From: Planctomycetota bacterium | GTDB taxonomy: Bacteria > Planctomycetota > SZUA-567 > H5-PLA8 | NCBI GenBank assembly: GCA_045863855.1 | Contig: BTVV01000038.1 | Coordinates: forward strand, 1 to 50,206 | Reading direction: 5' to 3' | Length of the DNA: 50,206 nt | In this document: piece by piece, positions 35,335-45,128 of the stretch | Position numbering within the stretch: the stretch's first letter is position 1 | How the letters are laid out: each line of letters begins with the position of its first letter | Notes under the pieces: model-generated | Told to the model about the DNA's origin: nothing | The model's input: the letters and a program-made list of their open reading frames with translations, nothing else | The model's database searches: none | Made by a program: the position numbers and the translations under genes

Positions 35335-37764
35335 TCAGGGATCGACGGAGGGTTCGGGGGATACGGATTCAGGGGCGGCTGCTTCGGCAATACGGTCGAC
35401 GATGCGTTCGAGGCGCTGGAGTTCCAGCTTGGCGCGGCGGATGGCGAAGGTGTAGCCGAAATCATCCTGAAGCGCGGCGAATTCGGGGTTGAGTTCCATG
35501 GCGTGCCAGTTGAGCCAGCCGCAATCGACGGCGACGTGGAGCGCGTGGACGCTTTCGTCGCGCGCGCCGATGGCGGCGTAGAATCCCGCGGCTTCGAACC
35601 AGACGCGCTCGTCCCGTCGCGCGTCTTCGAGCGCCTGGGCGACCAGGTCGCGGGCTTCGTCGTGGCGTCCGGCGGCCCAGACGGAACGGGCGAGGCGCGT
35701 ACGCTGCCAAGCTCGGCCGGGTTTATCGGCGGGCGCTTTGAGTTCGAGGGCGCGGCGGAGTTCGCGCGCGGCGGCTTCGTAGTGCCCGGCGGCGTGGAGC
35801 GCCCAGCCGTAGGTATCGACGATGTAATCTTCGCGCGGTTCCATGCTGACGGCGCGGGTGGCGAGGGCAAGGGCTTCGCCGGTGCGGCGGTATTCGGGCA
35901 GGAAGCTGGTGGCGTAAAACCAGGCGTGGTTATTGAAATAGCCGACGTCTTCGTCGCTGCCGCGGCTGATGCGTTCGAAGGCGGCCTGCGCGTCGGCGTA
36001 GCGGCCGACTTCGTGGCAGGCGTTGGCGACTTGGTGGAGCAATCCGATTTCCGGTTCCGGCTTGCGTAGTTCGGCTTCGAGGATGCGCAAGGCGCGGTCG
36101 GTGAGTCCGAGGCGTTCGAAGGTTCCGGCGGCGACGCTGGCGGCGTAGCCGCTCCGGCCTTCGCCGCGATAAATGAGCAAGGCGCGGCGGACGATGCGTT
36201 CGAAAGACTGGCGGTCGTGTTCGAGTTTGTAGAGCGCATGGAGGGCCTGCTCGTCGCCGTCGGCGGCTTTGGAACGGAAGACGGGGAGCGCCTCGCGGAC
36301 GCGCCAGTCGGCGAGGAGGCGTAGCGCGGCTTGAGCGGCCGCGCCGCGTCCTTCGGCAATGCGGATCAAGGTCTCGATGCCGGCCGGGTCGCCGAGGTTG
36401 GCGAGGGCCTGTGCTTTCTCGATCTCGCCTTCGCGAACCTCGCTGAGGTTGAGCGCGCGAATTTGCGGAAGCGCTTCTTTGTATTCGAAGTGGCCGAGGG
36501 CGGAGGTCGCGGCCTGGAGCACATCGGGATCGGAGTCCTTCAGGCAGGCGGCGATCTCGGGGGCGGCCTCGCGGGCGTTGAGGGCCACCAGGGCGTGAAG
36601 TGCGGAGATGCGGACGGCTGCGGAATCGTGCTTCAGGGCGCTTTTGAGCGTGGGGAGCGCGGCGGGGTCGGCGATGGCGCCGAGCGTATCGACGATGAAG
36701 TCCTGGAGATCTTGGTTCTCAGGCTTGGCGTACATCTCGACCAGGAGCGGCACGCTGGCGGTGTCGCGCAGTCCGGCCAATCCGTTGAGCGCTCCGAGCT
36801 TGAGTTCTCGATCGTCGGATTCGAGGGCGTGCTTGAAGACGGGAGCGGCCTCGGGGTCGAGCATGTCGCGCAGGGCGGTGAGCGCGGCGCCGCGGATGGC
36901 GGCGGGGATCTCGCCGTCGCCGATGGCGAGTTTTCGCAGCGCGGGCATGCTCTCGGGATCGCGCAGGCGCAGGGAAAGCACGCGGATGGCCTGCAGGCGG
37001 AGGAGTTCGCGGGGCGATTCGAGGGCTTCGCGGACGAGCTTGAGGGAAGCAGGGCCTTGATCCTGGGCGAGGGCCCAGAGGGTCATGGCGCGGAGGGATT
37101 CGGCCAAGTCGCCACGGCCGTAGAGTTCGCGCAGCGGTGCGCCGGCCTCGGGGGGCAGGGGCAGCCAGCCGAGTTCGCGGACGATGGCTTCGAGTGCGCC
37201 GGGGTCCTGTTCGGTCTTCAACAATTCGAGGAGCGCGGGAACGGCGGCGGCGTGGCCGCGCTGGGCGAGTTCGGAGACGGCGGCGGCGCGTTCTTCGGGC
37301 TGCTGGAGCGGGTAGGTGCGGACGATTTCGCGGAGGCGTTCTTCGAGGCCCGGGGATTCTGCGAGCGCGACGGCCTGGCGCAGCGTGGTGAGGCGCCACT
37401 TGAGATCGGGGTCGCCGGTGACGTCGAGCTTGGCGAGGTAAGGCAGGACGGCGGTGCCGGCTTGGCGCAGGCTTTCGAGCGCCTGCTGGCGTTCGCCGAA
37501 GACTTCGCTCTTGAGCTGCGCGACGAGGCGTTCGAGTTCGGCGGGCTTGAATACAGGCGCGGGGGGTGCGGCTTCTCCGGCGCTGAGGGCGGCGGCGAGG
37601 ATGGTTATCAGGAAGAGCGCGATGGTTCCCGTGCGAAGGACGGCGGCCGGCTGAGGATGCCGTACCGCGCCGGGGTTGGCGCACGGGCCAAGGCCAGGGA
37701 CCCCCAAGGTCATGCGCGCGGCGGCCGGGCCGGCGAGGCCGGACGCGCGACGCCGGGCGATCAC
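35335..37764 (-). CDS. Secreted HEAT-repeat + TPR protein
   Basis: Signal-like IALFLITILAAALSA; many HEAT_PBS-like repeats (AVPALLELL, ALPTLKSALKH); C-terminal TPRs (NNHAWFYA, DTYGWAL). The GTG start overlaps the upstream TGA; exact start uncertain. Confidence 0.8.
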   Translation of the reverse strand: MIARRRASGLAGPAAARMTLGVPGLGPCANPGAVRHPQPAAVLRTGTIALFLITILAAALSAGEAAPPAPVFKPAELERLVAQLKSEVFGERQQALESLRQAGTAVLPYLAKLDVTGDPDLKWRLTTLRQAVALAESPGLEERLREIVRTYPLQQPEERAAAVSELAQRGHAAAVPALLELLKTEQDPGALEAIVRELGWLPLPPEAGAPLRELYGRGDLAESLRAMTLWALAQDQGPASLKLVREALESPRELLRLQAIRVLSLRLRDPESMPALRKLAIGDGEIPAAIRGAALTALRDMLDPEAAPVFKHALESDDRELKLGALNGLAGLRDTASVPLLVEMYAKPENQDLQDFIVDTLGAIADPAALPTLKSALKHDSAAVRISALHALVALNAREAAPEIAACLKDSDPDVLQAATSALGHFEYKEALPQIRALNLSEVREGEIEKAQALANLGDPAGIETLIRIAEGRGAAAQAALRLLADWRVREALPVFRSKAADGDEQALHALYKLEHDRQSFERIVRRALLIYRGEGRSGYAASVAAGTFERLGLTDRALRILEAELRKPEPEIGLLHQVANACHEVGRYADAQAAFERISRGSDEDVGYFNNHAWFYATSFLPEYRRTGEALALATRAVSMEPREDYIVDTYGWALHAAGHYEAAARELRRALELKAPADKPGRAWQRTRLARSVWAAGRHDEARDLVAQALEDARRDERVWFEAAGFYAAIGARDESVHALHVAVDCGWLNWHAMELNPEFAALQDDFGYTFAIRRAKLELQRLERIVDRIAEAAAPESVSPEPSVDP

Positions 37765-38336
37765 GGCTGTTCCTTGCGGCCGACGGCTTTCAGGATGCCG
37801 CTGAGGCGGCGGGTGACGGCGGCGAGCTTCTCCTGCGAGACTTCTTCGGGCGGGGCGATGTGCGAGAGTTCGATGAGTCGGTCGAGGGCCCAGCGCAGGC
37901 GGTGCGTGGCGATGCGTCCGACGTTGTAAGCCAGTCGGTAGGCAGTGAGATGGCCTTGGGCGATCTTCTCGTCGAAGACGGCCAAGTCAAGGCGCCCGAC
38001 GATGACGTCGGTGCGAGCGACGACGCTGCTGCTGCGGGTTTCGCGCGTCAGCAGGCTCATTTCGCCGAAGACGCTAGGGCCGTCGAGTTCGGTGATGACG
38101 GCCGGCCCGTTGGGTGTATCGCGCATCACGGCGACGCGGCCCTTGGCGAGGACGTACAGCCCGCTGGGCGGTTCGCCTTCGCGGAAGAAGATATGCCCGT
38201 TCGGGTGATTGGAGCGGACGAGCCACTCACTCAGGTCTTCGATCTGCAGCTTGCTCATCTGCTCGAAGATGGGGATATCGGGAAGTCCGCCGGAGACCAT
38301 GGCCGTGCCTCGCGTCCCAAGTGCCTGCCGGGTCAC
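37761..38336 (-). CDS. Cyclic nucleotide-binding domain protein (no clear HTH)
   Basis: IFFREGEPPSGLYVLAKGRV, VFGEMSLL..ETRSSSVVA. Start GTG 38336 or ATG 38300. Confidence 0.85.
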   Translation of the reverse strand: MTRQALGTRGTAMVSGGLPDIPIFEQMSKLQIEDLSEWLVRSNHPNGHIFFREGEPPSGLYVLAKGRVAVMRDTPNGPAVITELDGPSVFGEMSLLTRETRSSSVVARTDVIVGRLDLAVFDEKIAQGHLTAYRLAYNVGRIATHRLRWALDRLIELSHIAPPEEVSQEKLAAVTRRLSGILKAVGRKEQP

Positions 38337-38390
38337 GTTATACCGGGGCGGGTTCGGAGTGAACAGCGCATCGGGGCTGTTGCGGGCGCA

Positions 38391-38813
38391 TCAGATTCCG
38401 GGGGGCAAGGCGCGGTCGAAGTGGCCGGTGGGCAGCCCATCGCGTTCGTTGAGCCATTCGCGTGCGGATTCCAGGGTGCGGAAGACGCCAATCTTGACGT
38501 GGAGGCGTTCGCCGTAGCTGGAAAGCATGCGCAGGAGGCCGAAGGTGGCGGGGGCCTGCGCCAGCAGCGCCCAGCGCGTGCGTTCGACGCGTTCGGGAAA
38601 GGCTTGGAGCAGGTACAGGAGGTTCCAGAGTTCGGTGGAGCCGACTTCGAGTTCGGCGTTGCGGAAGTCGCCGATGATCTGGATGCCGGGCTTGAAATCG
38701 GGCTCTTCGAGGAGTTTCCGGATTGCGGTGGAGAGTTCTTTGTAATTGATGGGACCTTCGGCGGTCAGGTGTGCGAACGAGGAGGCGGCATGAACGGTGT
38801 AGCGAATGGGCAT
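38391..38813 (-). CDS. STAS/SEC14 (SpoIIAA-like) small protein
   Basis: EGPINYKEL...IIGDFR...RWALL...FGLLRM...VFRTLESAREWL pattern. Confidence 0.65.
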   Translation of the reverse strand: MPIRYTVHAASSFAHLTAEGPINYKELSTAIRKLLEEPDFKPGIQIIGDFRNAELEVGSTELWNLLYLLQAFPERVERTRWALLAQAPATFGLLRMLSSYGERLHVKIGVFRTLESAREWLNERDGLPTGHFDRALPPGI

Positions 38814-39258
38814 CGATTTGACCTGTAATCAGACGCGAATACGTGCATGTCTAGTTGCTTATACAGCCGATCTGGAGAATTTCCAGAGACCGCTTTGCAA
38901 CTTGTTTCATGGCCAGATGCTACAGAAGAACAGGTGCATGCGCAAAGCGTATTGGTCGCGCGGGGCGAACGGGTGGTATATCACGCACAGGTGCTTAATG
39001 TGGGGGCAGAGTCAGGGCCGCAGGACGTTTCCGAATTCCCACATGCGCGCGTTATCGGGCTTTCCACCGGCGTCGAGTGTGGGTTTTACCTGCGCGGTTA
39101 CGGGGCCACCGGATCAGGCATTCCAGCGTATAGTCCCACGGTGAGGCTTTCCATGGGGACGGGGTTCCAATCCGATTCGAGCGTCTGGGCGTTAAGGACG
39201 ACGAGAAGCAAAGCGAGCGATCACCAAGGGAGCATGCTTGCGAGCCATTAGAAAAAAA

Positions 39259-39696
39259 TTACCGCCGGTCGTCCGCTCGCGGCGGCGTGTTAGGCAGGTG
39301 GAGCGCTTCGCGAACGATGGCGCAGTAGGTATCGAGGTTAAAGGGTTTCGAGAGGAGGCCTGCGACGGATTCGGTGATTTCTTTGAGGATTCGCGTTTCC
39401 GAACCTCCGCCGAGGCGGCGGCGGGCGTCTCGCAGCGGGTCGGCGTGGGCGCTGAGTATGATCACGGCGGGCGGCTCGGGCTGGTCGTGCAACCGGCGCA
39501 ACAGTTCGAGGCCGTCGGGTTCGGGCATCTCGAGGTCGATGATGACGAGCTTGACGTTGCCGCGGCGCAGGCGCTGCCAAGCGTCCTCGCCGCTGGTGTA
39601 CGCTTCGGAGGCGAGGCCCATATTGCTGAGCACGCTTTGCTGCAGCGTGAGCACGCCGCGATCGTCGTCGACGAGCACGATGGAGGCGGGTGTCAT
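39259..39696 (-). CDS. Single-domain response regulator (REC)
   Basis: IVLVDDD, IIDLEMPEPDG, IILSA and LSKPF. AAGGGG RBS before ATG 39696. Confidence 0.85.
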   Translation of the reverse strand: MTPASIVLVDDDRGVLTLQQSVLSNMGLASEAYTSGEDAWQRLRRGNVKLVIIDLEMPEPDGLELLRRLHDQPEPPAVIILSAHADPLRDARRRLGGGSETRILKEITESVAGLLSKPFNLDTYCAIVREALHLPNTPPRADDRR

Positions 39697-39824
39697 GTTC
39701 GAATCCCCTTTGGGCGCGGGCGGCATCGCCAAGCGCTTGACCCAAGCACCATAAGTATACTCCATGGTACGGCGGTGCGCTTGAAGCAGAGCCTTGTACC
39801 GTTAGCGTGACTTGCACATCCGCG

Positions 39825-41282
39825 ATGAAGAACCCCGAGGCTCCCCCCGCACCCTCCGATCCCGCCTCCGGCATCGCGCCGGAGGATTCGCCCGTCAGCC
39901 GCCGTGCGGACGGCGTGCCGATCGAGTGGACCCCCGCGATCCAAGGCATCCTGAAGCGCGTGACGCTGGCGGGCTGTCTGGCGATGGTTTACGTGGAGTT
40001 CACGGGCTCGGCGGCGCAGGTGGAGTACGCACGGTCGCTTGGCGCTACGGAATTTCATTTCGGGGTGCTCGGCGCGATCCCGTCTGCGGCGCTGTTGTTA
40101 CAGTTTCTCTCGGCCTTCTGGCTGAATCGCTTGCGCTACCGCAAGCGGATCTGGATCCCGCTGATGACCCTGCACCGGCTCGTGCCGGTGGCGGTGGCAA
40201 TCGTGCCGTACGCGATGCCGGCGGCCGATTCGCATACGTGGGTCTGGACGATGCTGGGCTTGCTGGCGCTGAGCCACGGACTGGGCAATCTGGGCGTGCC
40301 GATGTGGTTCGGCTGGATGGCGGACTTGCTTCCGCCACGTCATTTGGCCGAATACTGGAGCATGCGCCGGCGCGCGCAGGCGTTCACCTCGGCCTGCGCA
40401 CTGCTGGCATCGGCGGGCTTTTTCTGGTGGCTGAGCGCGGTGGATATCCGCGTGACCTTCCTGGCCGCCTCGCTGGCGGGGGCGGCGGCGGGCGTGGCGG
40501 ATATCCTGCTGTTCATCGGCGTGCCGGAACCACCGAACGCGCGGCCGGCGGACGGTGGTTGGGCGAGCTTCGCGGCGCCGTTTCGCGACGCGGAGTACCG
40601 GCCCTTCATCGTCTTCTCGGCGTACTGGTCGTTCGCGGCGACATGGAGCTTTCCGTTTTTCCGACTGTACATGCTGACGGAACTGGGTTTGAGCCTCCCG
40701 GCAACGATGGCCCTGTTTCTGGTGCACGCGCTGGGCGGGGCGCTCTTCACAGCCAACTTCGGGCGCTTGATCGACAAGATGGGCCAGCGCCCGGTGATCA
40801 TTCTGTGCACGGCGCTGAAATCGACGATCGTGCTGGCGTTCCTGTTCGTGACTCCGGCTTCGGCGGCGTGGGTGCTGGCGCCGGTCTTCGTTTTCGACAA
40901 CATCATGAATACGGGGCTGCTGATCGGGCACAACGGGTACGTGCTGCGAGAATCGCCGCGGGAGAACCGGGGCATGTACGTGGCGGCGGTGCAGGCATGC
41001 AGCGGACTGGCGGGGGCCGTGGCGGCCTTGATCGCGGGGGATCTGCTGCAACGCTGGGACGGCTACGCGGAGGTATGGATGGGTGTGGCGATGAATCATT
41101 ACCACCTTGTCTTCGCGATCGGGATCGTGCTGCGGCTGGGTGCGATCGCGATGGCGCTGCAGATCCGCGAGCCGCGCAGCCAGGCGACGGACGAGGTGCT
41201 GATTCAGACCGTGATGCCGGCAATGTTGCGCTGGATGCGGGCGCCGGTGGGATTTTTCAGCAGGGAGCAGAAGGATGAGTAG
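39825..41282 (+). CDS. MFS transporter
   Basis: About 12 hydrophobic segments, motif A-like FGRLIDKMGQRPV, WMADLLP and PFRDAEYRPFI. Confidence 0.85.
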   Translation: MKNPEAPPAPSDPASGIAPEDSPVSRRADGVPIEWTPAIQGILKRVTLAGCLAMVYVEFTGSAAQVEYARSLGATEFHFGVLGAIPSAALLLQFLSAFWLNRLRYRKRIWIPLMTLHRLVPVAVAIVPYAMPAADSHTWVWTMLGLLALSHGLGNLGVPMWFGWMADLLPPRHLAEYWSMRRRAQAFTSACALLASAGFFWWLSAVDIRVTFLAASLAGAAAGVADILLFIGVPEPPNARPADGGWASFAAPFRDAEYRPFIVFSAYWSFAATWSFPFFRLYMLTELGLSLPATMALFLVHALGGALFTANFGRLIDKMGQRPVIILCTALKSTIVLAFLFVTPASAAWVLAPVFVFDNIMNTGLLIGHNGYVLRESPRENRGMYVAAVQACSGLAGAVAALIAGDLLQRWDGYAEVWMGVAMNHYHLVFAIGIVLRLGAIAMALQIREPRSQATDEVLIQTVMPAMLRWMRAPVGFFSREQKDE

Positions 41283-41414
41283 GGGCAGGCGGTAATAAGT
41301 AAAACGCTGCGGCCACAATCAAATGGCAAGCACTCGATCAACGGTCGGCAGCCTTTCCTCATTCCCTTTCCAATTCCTGGTTTGAGTTCAAGGGCGGCGG
41401 GATGGCAGAATCGG

Positions 41415-43004
41415 TTACTCGATACGCAGGTTCCAGGTTGCGGTGTCGCTTTCTTTGAAGCCAATGCGGATGGCTTTTGCACGCAGGCTCACGGTCTTCT
41501 CGATGCGCAGCGGGGCGGTGTAGACGCGCCATGTTTTGTCACCGTCGATTTGGTAGCCGATGGACGCGCCTTGGGTGGGCGTATGGAGCTGAACCAGCAG
41601 CGGTGCGGCGTAGACGGAGGTCTGGGAGACGGGTTCCTGGGCGCAGTTCTCTTCGGTGATGGGGACGGCGATGGGCGCGGCGGTTTGGGGCTGGGTGCGG
41701 TTGGGATACCACTGCCGGACCATCTGTTCTTCGGGAATGTCGCCGAGGTCGCCGTAGGTGCGGCGCCAGTCGTCGAGCGCTCCGCGAATGCGTTCGAGTA
41801 CGTTACGGTGGGCCGGATCGCTGGCCAAGTTGCGCAGTTCGTGCGGATCGCTTTGCGTATCGAAGAGTTCCTCCGGCGGCCGTTCGCGGAAGAGGAAGTT
41901 CTGGTCGCCGGCGAGTTTGTCTTCGCGGTGCAGGCGCCAGAGTTCCTGGGTGACGGGGTGACGGTTGCGGTAGGGAATCCAGGGCAGGTAGGGCGTGCCG
42001 GGGTAGTAGTGTCGGACGTAGCGGTAGCGCGCGTCGCGGGCGCTGCGGACCATGTCGTAGGCTTCGTCGTGGCGATCGCGGGTGGCGAAGACGTATTCGC
42101 GCGGGACTTCGTCGGGCCCCAGGAAGGGCTGTCCGTGCAGATGCGCGGGGCGCGGCACGCCGCAGAGCGATAGGACGGTCGGTCCGAGATCGACGAGGCT
42201 GACGAGTCTCTCGTGGACGCTGCCGGACTTGAACGGTCCGCCGGGCCAGCGCACGAGCAAGGGGATACGCGTGCCGCTGTCGTAAGGCCAGCGCTTGCGG
42301 CGCGGCAGGCCTTCTCCGTGATCGCTCCAGATGAAGACGATGGTGTTCTGGGCGAGGCCGTCGGCTTCGAGTTCGGCGAGGAGTTCGCCGACGCGGAGGT
42401 CGGCCTCGGCGAGGTTGTCGTAGTGGCGCGCGAGGGCTTCGCGGGCTTTGCGTGTGTTGGGCAGATAGGGCGGGAGTTCGACTTTCTCGGGATCGGTGAC
42501 GAGGGGCTTGTCTTTGGGCCACATGCCGCTTTCGTGGGTGCCGGTGGGATTGAAGACGCTGAAGAAGGGCTGTCCGGGCGCGCGGTTGCGCCAGTGACCC
42601 GTGCGGCTGCAATCGTCCCAAGCGGTGAAGGGAGCGGCGAACTGGTAATCGGTCTTGTCGTTGTTGGAGCAGTAGTAGCCGTGGGTGCGCAGATATTCGG
42701 GGAAGCAGCGGACATAGTGCGGGATCACGGCTTCGTAGGGCGTGGGCAGGTCGGGCGTAGCCCGGTTCTTGTGGGTGGTCCGCATGTGATGGGTGCCCAT
42801 CGCGGTCTGGTAGAGGCCGGTGATGATCGCGCTGCGGCTGGGGGCGCTGACGCCGGAGGTGCAGAAGGCATTGGGGAAACGCGCGCCGTCGGCGGCGATG
42901 CGATCAAGGTTCGGCGTGCGCGCGACGGGATCGCCGTAGCATCCGAAGCGCGGGCTGGTGTCTTCGAGGCTGATCCAGAGGATGTTGGGGCGGTTTGCCG
43001 GCAT
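41415..43004 (-). CDS. Sulfatase (Ser-type SxPxR) with C-terminal chitobiase/Fn3-associated-like domain
   Basis: RPNILWISLED, TPNLDRIA, VSAPSRSAIITG, SDHG, ELFD..SDPHELRNLA, and C-terminal YQIDG...YTAPL...LRAKAIR. No signal peptide. Confidence 0.9.
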   Translation of the reverse strand: MPANRPNILWISLEDTSPRFGCYGDPVARTPNLDRIAADGARFPNAFCTSGVSAPSRSAIITGLYQTAMGTHHMRTTHKNRATPDLPTPYEAVIPHYVRCFPEYLRTHGYYCSNNDKTDYQFAAPFTAWDDCSRTGHWRNRAPGQPFFSVFNPTGTHESGMWPKDKPLVTDPEKVELPPYLPNTRKAREALARHYDNLAEADLRVGELLAELEADGLAQNTIVFIWSDHGEGLPRRKRWPYDSGTRIPLLVRWPGGPFKSGSVHERLVSLVDLGPTVLSLCGVPRPAHLHGQPFLGPDEVPREYVFATRDRHDEAYDMVRSARDARYRYVRHYYPGTPYLPWIPYRNRHPVTQELWRLHREDKLAGDQNFLFRERPPEELFDTQSDPHELRNLASDPAHRNVLERIRGALDDWRRTYGDLGDIPEEQMVRQWYPNRTQPQTAAPIAVPITEENCAQEPVSQTSVYAAPLLVQLHTPTQGASIGYQIDGDKTWRVYTAPLRIEKTVSLRAKAIRIGFKESDTATWNLRIE

Positions 43005-43029
43005 TTAGTGGTCCTCTTGAGGAAATAGT

Positions 43030-43515
43030 TCAGGCCGCGGTCGCGGCGGAGCCTTTCAGGCGCATGGCGATGAACGCGGAGCCGAGTCCGGCAAAGACGA
43101 GACCGATGAAGCCCAGGATCAGCGCGACGAAGTGCTGTTCGAGGAAGCCCGCGATGACCGGCTTGTCGGGATTCAACGGATCTTCGGGGTCGTAGTACAC
43201 GTTCACCTTTTCGCCGACGTCGTAGGCGGGCGGGCTGCTGCTGACGGTACCCAGGACTTCGACGGCGGGCATGGGCTGCTCGACCTGGCCGGGCGCGGGC
43301 GGCGGGCCAAAAGCCGGCGCGGGATGAAAGCGCACGCGTGGCTTGGCGCCTTTGCCGGAGCCGACGAGCTCGACGACTTCGCCCTCGGCGACGGCGAAGT
43401 TCGTGATTTTGCTTTGCGTGTAGTATTCGGCGTAGCCTCCGCCGGCCAGCAGAGCCAGCCCCAGCAGAAAGAAGACCAGCGAGAGGATCAGCGGCGGCGG
43501 TTGGTTTCTGGACAT
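43030..43515 (-). CDS. DUF3592 domain membrane protein
   Basis: TM, AEGEVVE...PRVRF...YDVGEKVNVYYDPEDP, TM. Confidence 0.8.
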   Translation of the reverse strand: MSRNQPPPLILSLVFFLLGLALLAGGGYAEYYTQSKITNFAVAEGEVVELVGSGKGAKPRVRFHPAPAFGPPPAPGQVEQPMPAVEVLGTVSSSPPAYDVGEKVNVYYDPEDPLNPDKPVIAGFLEQHFVALILGFIGLVFAGLGSAFIAMRLKGSAATAA

Positions 43516-43518
43516 GGT

Positions 43519-43728
43519 TCAGTCCCGGATGAGCAGTACGTTGACTGCTTTGACGATCACGCGCACCCGGTCGCCTTTCTTCAGCTTCAGACTCTTCAGC
43601 GATTCGGTAGTCATGGCGCTGGAGAGTTCGAAGGTGCCTTTTACTTTGACTTTGGCGAGGCTCATCACGTCGCCCTTCAGGATGGCCGAGACCTTGCCGG
43701 TCACGTCGTTGCGTGCACCGTGTTTCAT
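43519..43728 (-). CDS. TOBE/Mop (molbindin-like) oxyanion-binding protein
   Basis: GARN..GKV...SSAMTTESLKSLKLKKGDRVRVIVKAVNV. AAGGAG RBS. Confidence 0.88.
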   Translation of the reverse strand: MKHGARNDVTGKVSAILKGDVMSLAKVKVKGTFELSSAMTTESLKSLKLKKGDRVRVIVKAVNVLLIRD

Positions 43729-43850
43729 AAGGGGCTCCTTAGAGTGGTTTGTGCGGAAATGCTACCGCGAAGGATGGGACTTGGACAGCGCTCTCGATAC
43801 CACTATAAGGTAGCCTTTCCGGTCCAGGACCCCAGGCGAGGAGCAAGGTC

Positions 43851-45128
43851 ATGTCCGTGCGCGGATTACTCTTGTTTACGGCGGTCCTGTGCGGATACGC
43901 AGGCGCGGCCGAGTACTACGTTTCGGCCAAAGGCAGTGGGAAAGCAGGTACGAAGGAAGCGCCGGCGAAGGACCTCGGCTACCTGCTGGCGTCGCTGAAG
44001 GCGGGCGACACGATCCACATGGCGGAAGGGGTGTACGTCGAGCGCAGCGAGAAAGGCGCGGTGACGATCGAGGTGCCGGTGACGATTATCGGCGGCTACG
44101 ACGAAGGCTTCACGAAGCGCGATCCGTGGGGCGCACACCGGACAATTCTAAGCGGAGTCAACACGAGCGTGAATCTGGACCGCGGGCCGCGGCTGAGCAT
44201 CAGCTTGAAGAAGATCCGCGAGCCGGGCGGTCTGGTGAAGGTGGACGGGTTGATCATCGACAGCGCGGGGCGGAATCGCTATGCCGGCGAGGGCGCGAAG
44301 ATCGTGCGCAAGGCCAACCCGGCGGCGAAGGAGAATCCTACACCGGATAGCGCGGGGCTGAGCATCGAACTGAACGAGCAGGGCGAGGCGCTGGTCGAGA
44401 ACTGCATCGTGATGAACTGCGCGCCGACGGGCGGCGCACTGAATTTGTGGGGCTACAAGTCGACGAAGGCGACGGTGCGCAACTGTCTGGTGATCAACAA
44501 CACGGGCGTGGGGATCGCGTGCCTTTCGCGCTTTCAGCCGAAGGAAGTCGAAGGCCGGCCGGCATTCCTGCTGGAACGGAACACGGTGCTGTTCACGGAG
44601 AAGTACGACGCGTTCGGCACGATCGCGGGCGATGCGCTGAACGTGGACGCGGTGGCGGTGGTGACGGCAAAGCGCAACGTCTTCGCGTTTTCGGACCGCT
44701 TCGGCGTGAACAACCAGAAGCAGGCGGCGCTGACACTGGCCGAGAATCTTTTCCGCGGGAATCTCTTCGCGGATTACTGCGAGTTCGATACGAAGATGGG
44801 CGCGGCGGCGATGGCCGACGACGCGGACAAGCTGACCCCGGAAAGCACCGGGAACGTGACGCAGGAGTTCCAGGCGCCGGTGGGGCTGGCGTGGGGCGCG
44901 CGGTACATGAGCCGCAACGTGATCGACCGGAACGTGGCGGAAGCGGACGTGAAAGCGAAAGACACGGTGATGAACGAGTGGCGCAAGATTCTGGGCCTGC
45001 CGCTGGATGGCGGGACGCTGAAGGTGGATTCGGAAATCTGGCTGCCGAAGATGGACGTGGAGACTGCGGTTACAGTGGGCTCGAAAGCGGTGCTGGACGG
45101 CTACGGTTGTTCCAAGCCAGCGCCCTGA
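43851..45128 (+). CDS. Secreted right-handed parallel beta-helix protein (DUF1565-like N-terminus)
   Basis: Signal peptide; YYVSAKG...GTKEAP...GDTIHMAEGVY...GGYDEGF; beta-helix repeats VENCIVMN and VRNCLVINN. Confidence 0.8.
   Translation: MSVRGLLLFTAVLCGYAGAAEYYVSAKGSGKAGTKEAPAKDLGYLLASLKAGDTIHMAEGVYVERSEKGAVTIEVPVTIIGGYDEGFTKRDPWGAHRTILSGVNTSVNLDRGPRLSISLKKIREPGGLVKVDGLIIDSAGRNRYAGEGAKIVRKANPAAKENPTPDSAGLSIELNEQGEALVENCIVMNCAPTGGALNLWGYKSTKATVRNCLVINNTGVGIACLSRFQPKEVEGRPAFLLERNTVLFTEKYDAFGTIAGDALNVDAVAVVTAKRNVFAFSDRFGVNNQKQAALTLAENLFRGNLFADYCEFDTKMGAAAMADDADKLTPESTGNVTQEFQAPVGLAWGARYMSRNVIDRNVAEADVKAKDTVMNEWRKILGLPLDGGTLKVDSEIWLPKMDVETAVTVGSKAVLDGYGCSKPAP

Noticed and set aside
38806..39251. 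Two + strand ORFs (112 and 134 aa) in the gap between the STAS-like and REC genes
   Set aside because: No recognisable motifs, no clear RBS and atypical codon use. More likely regulatory DNA.
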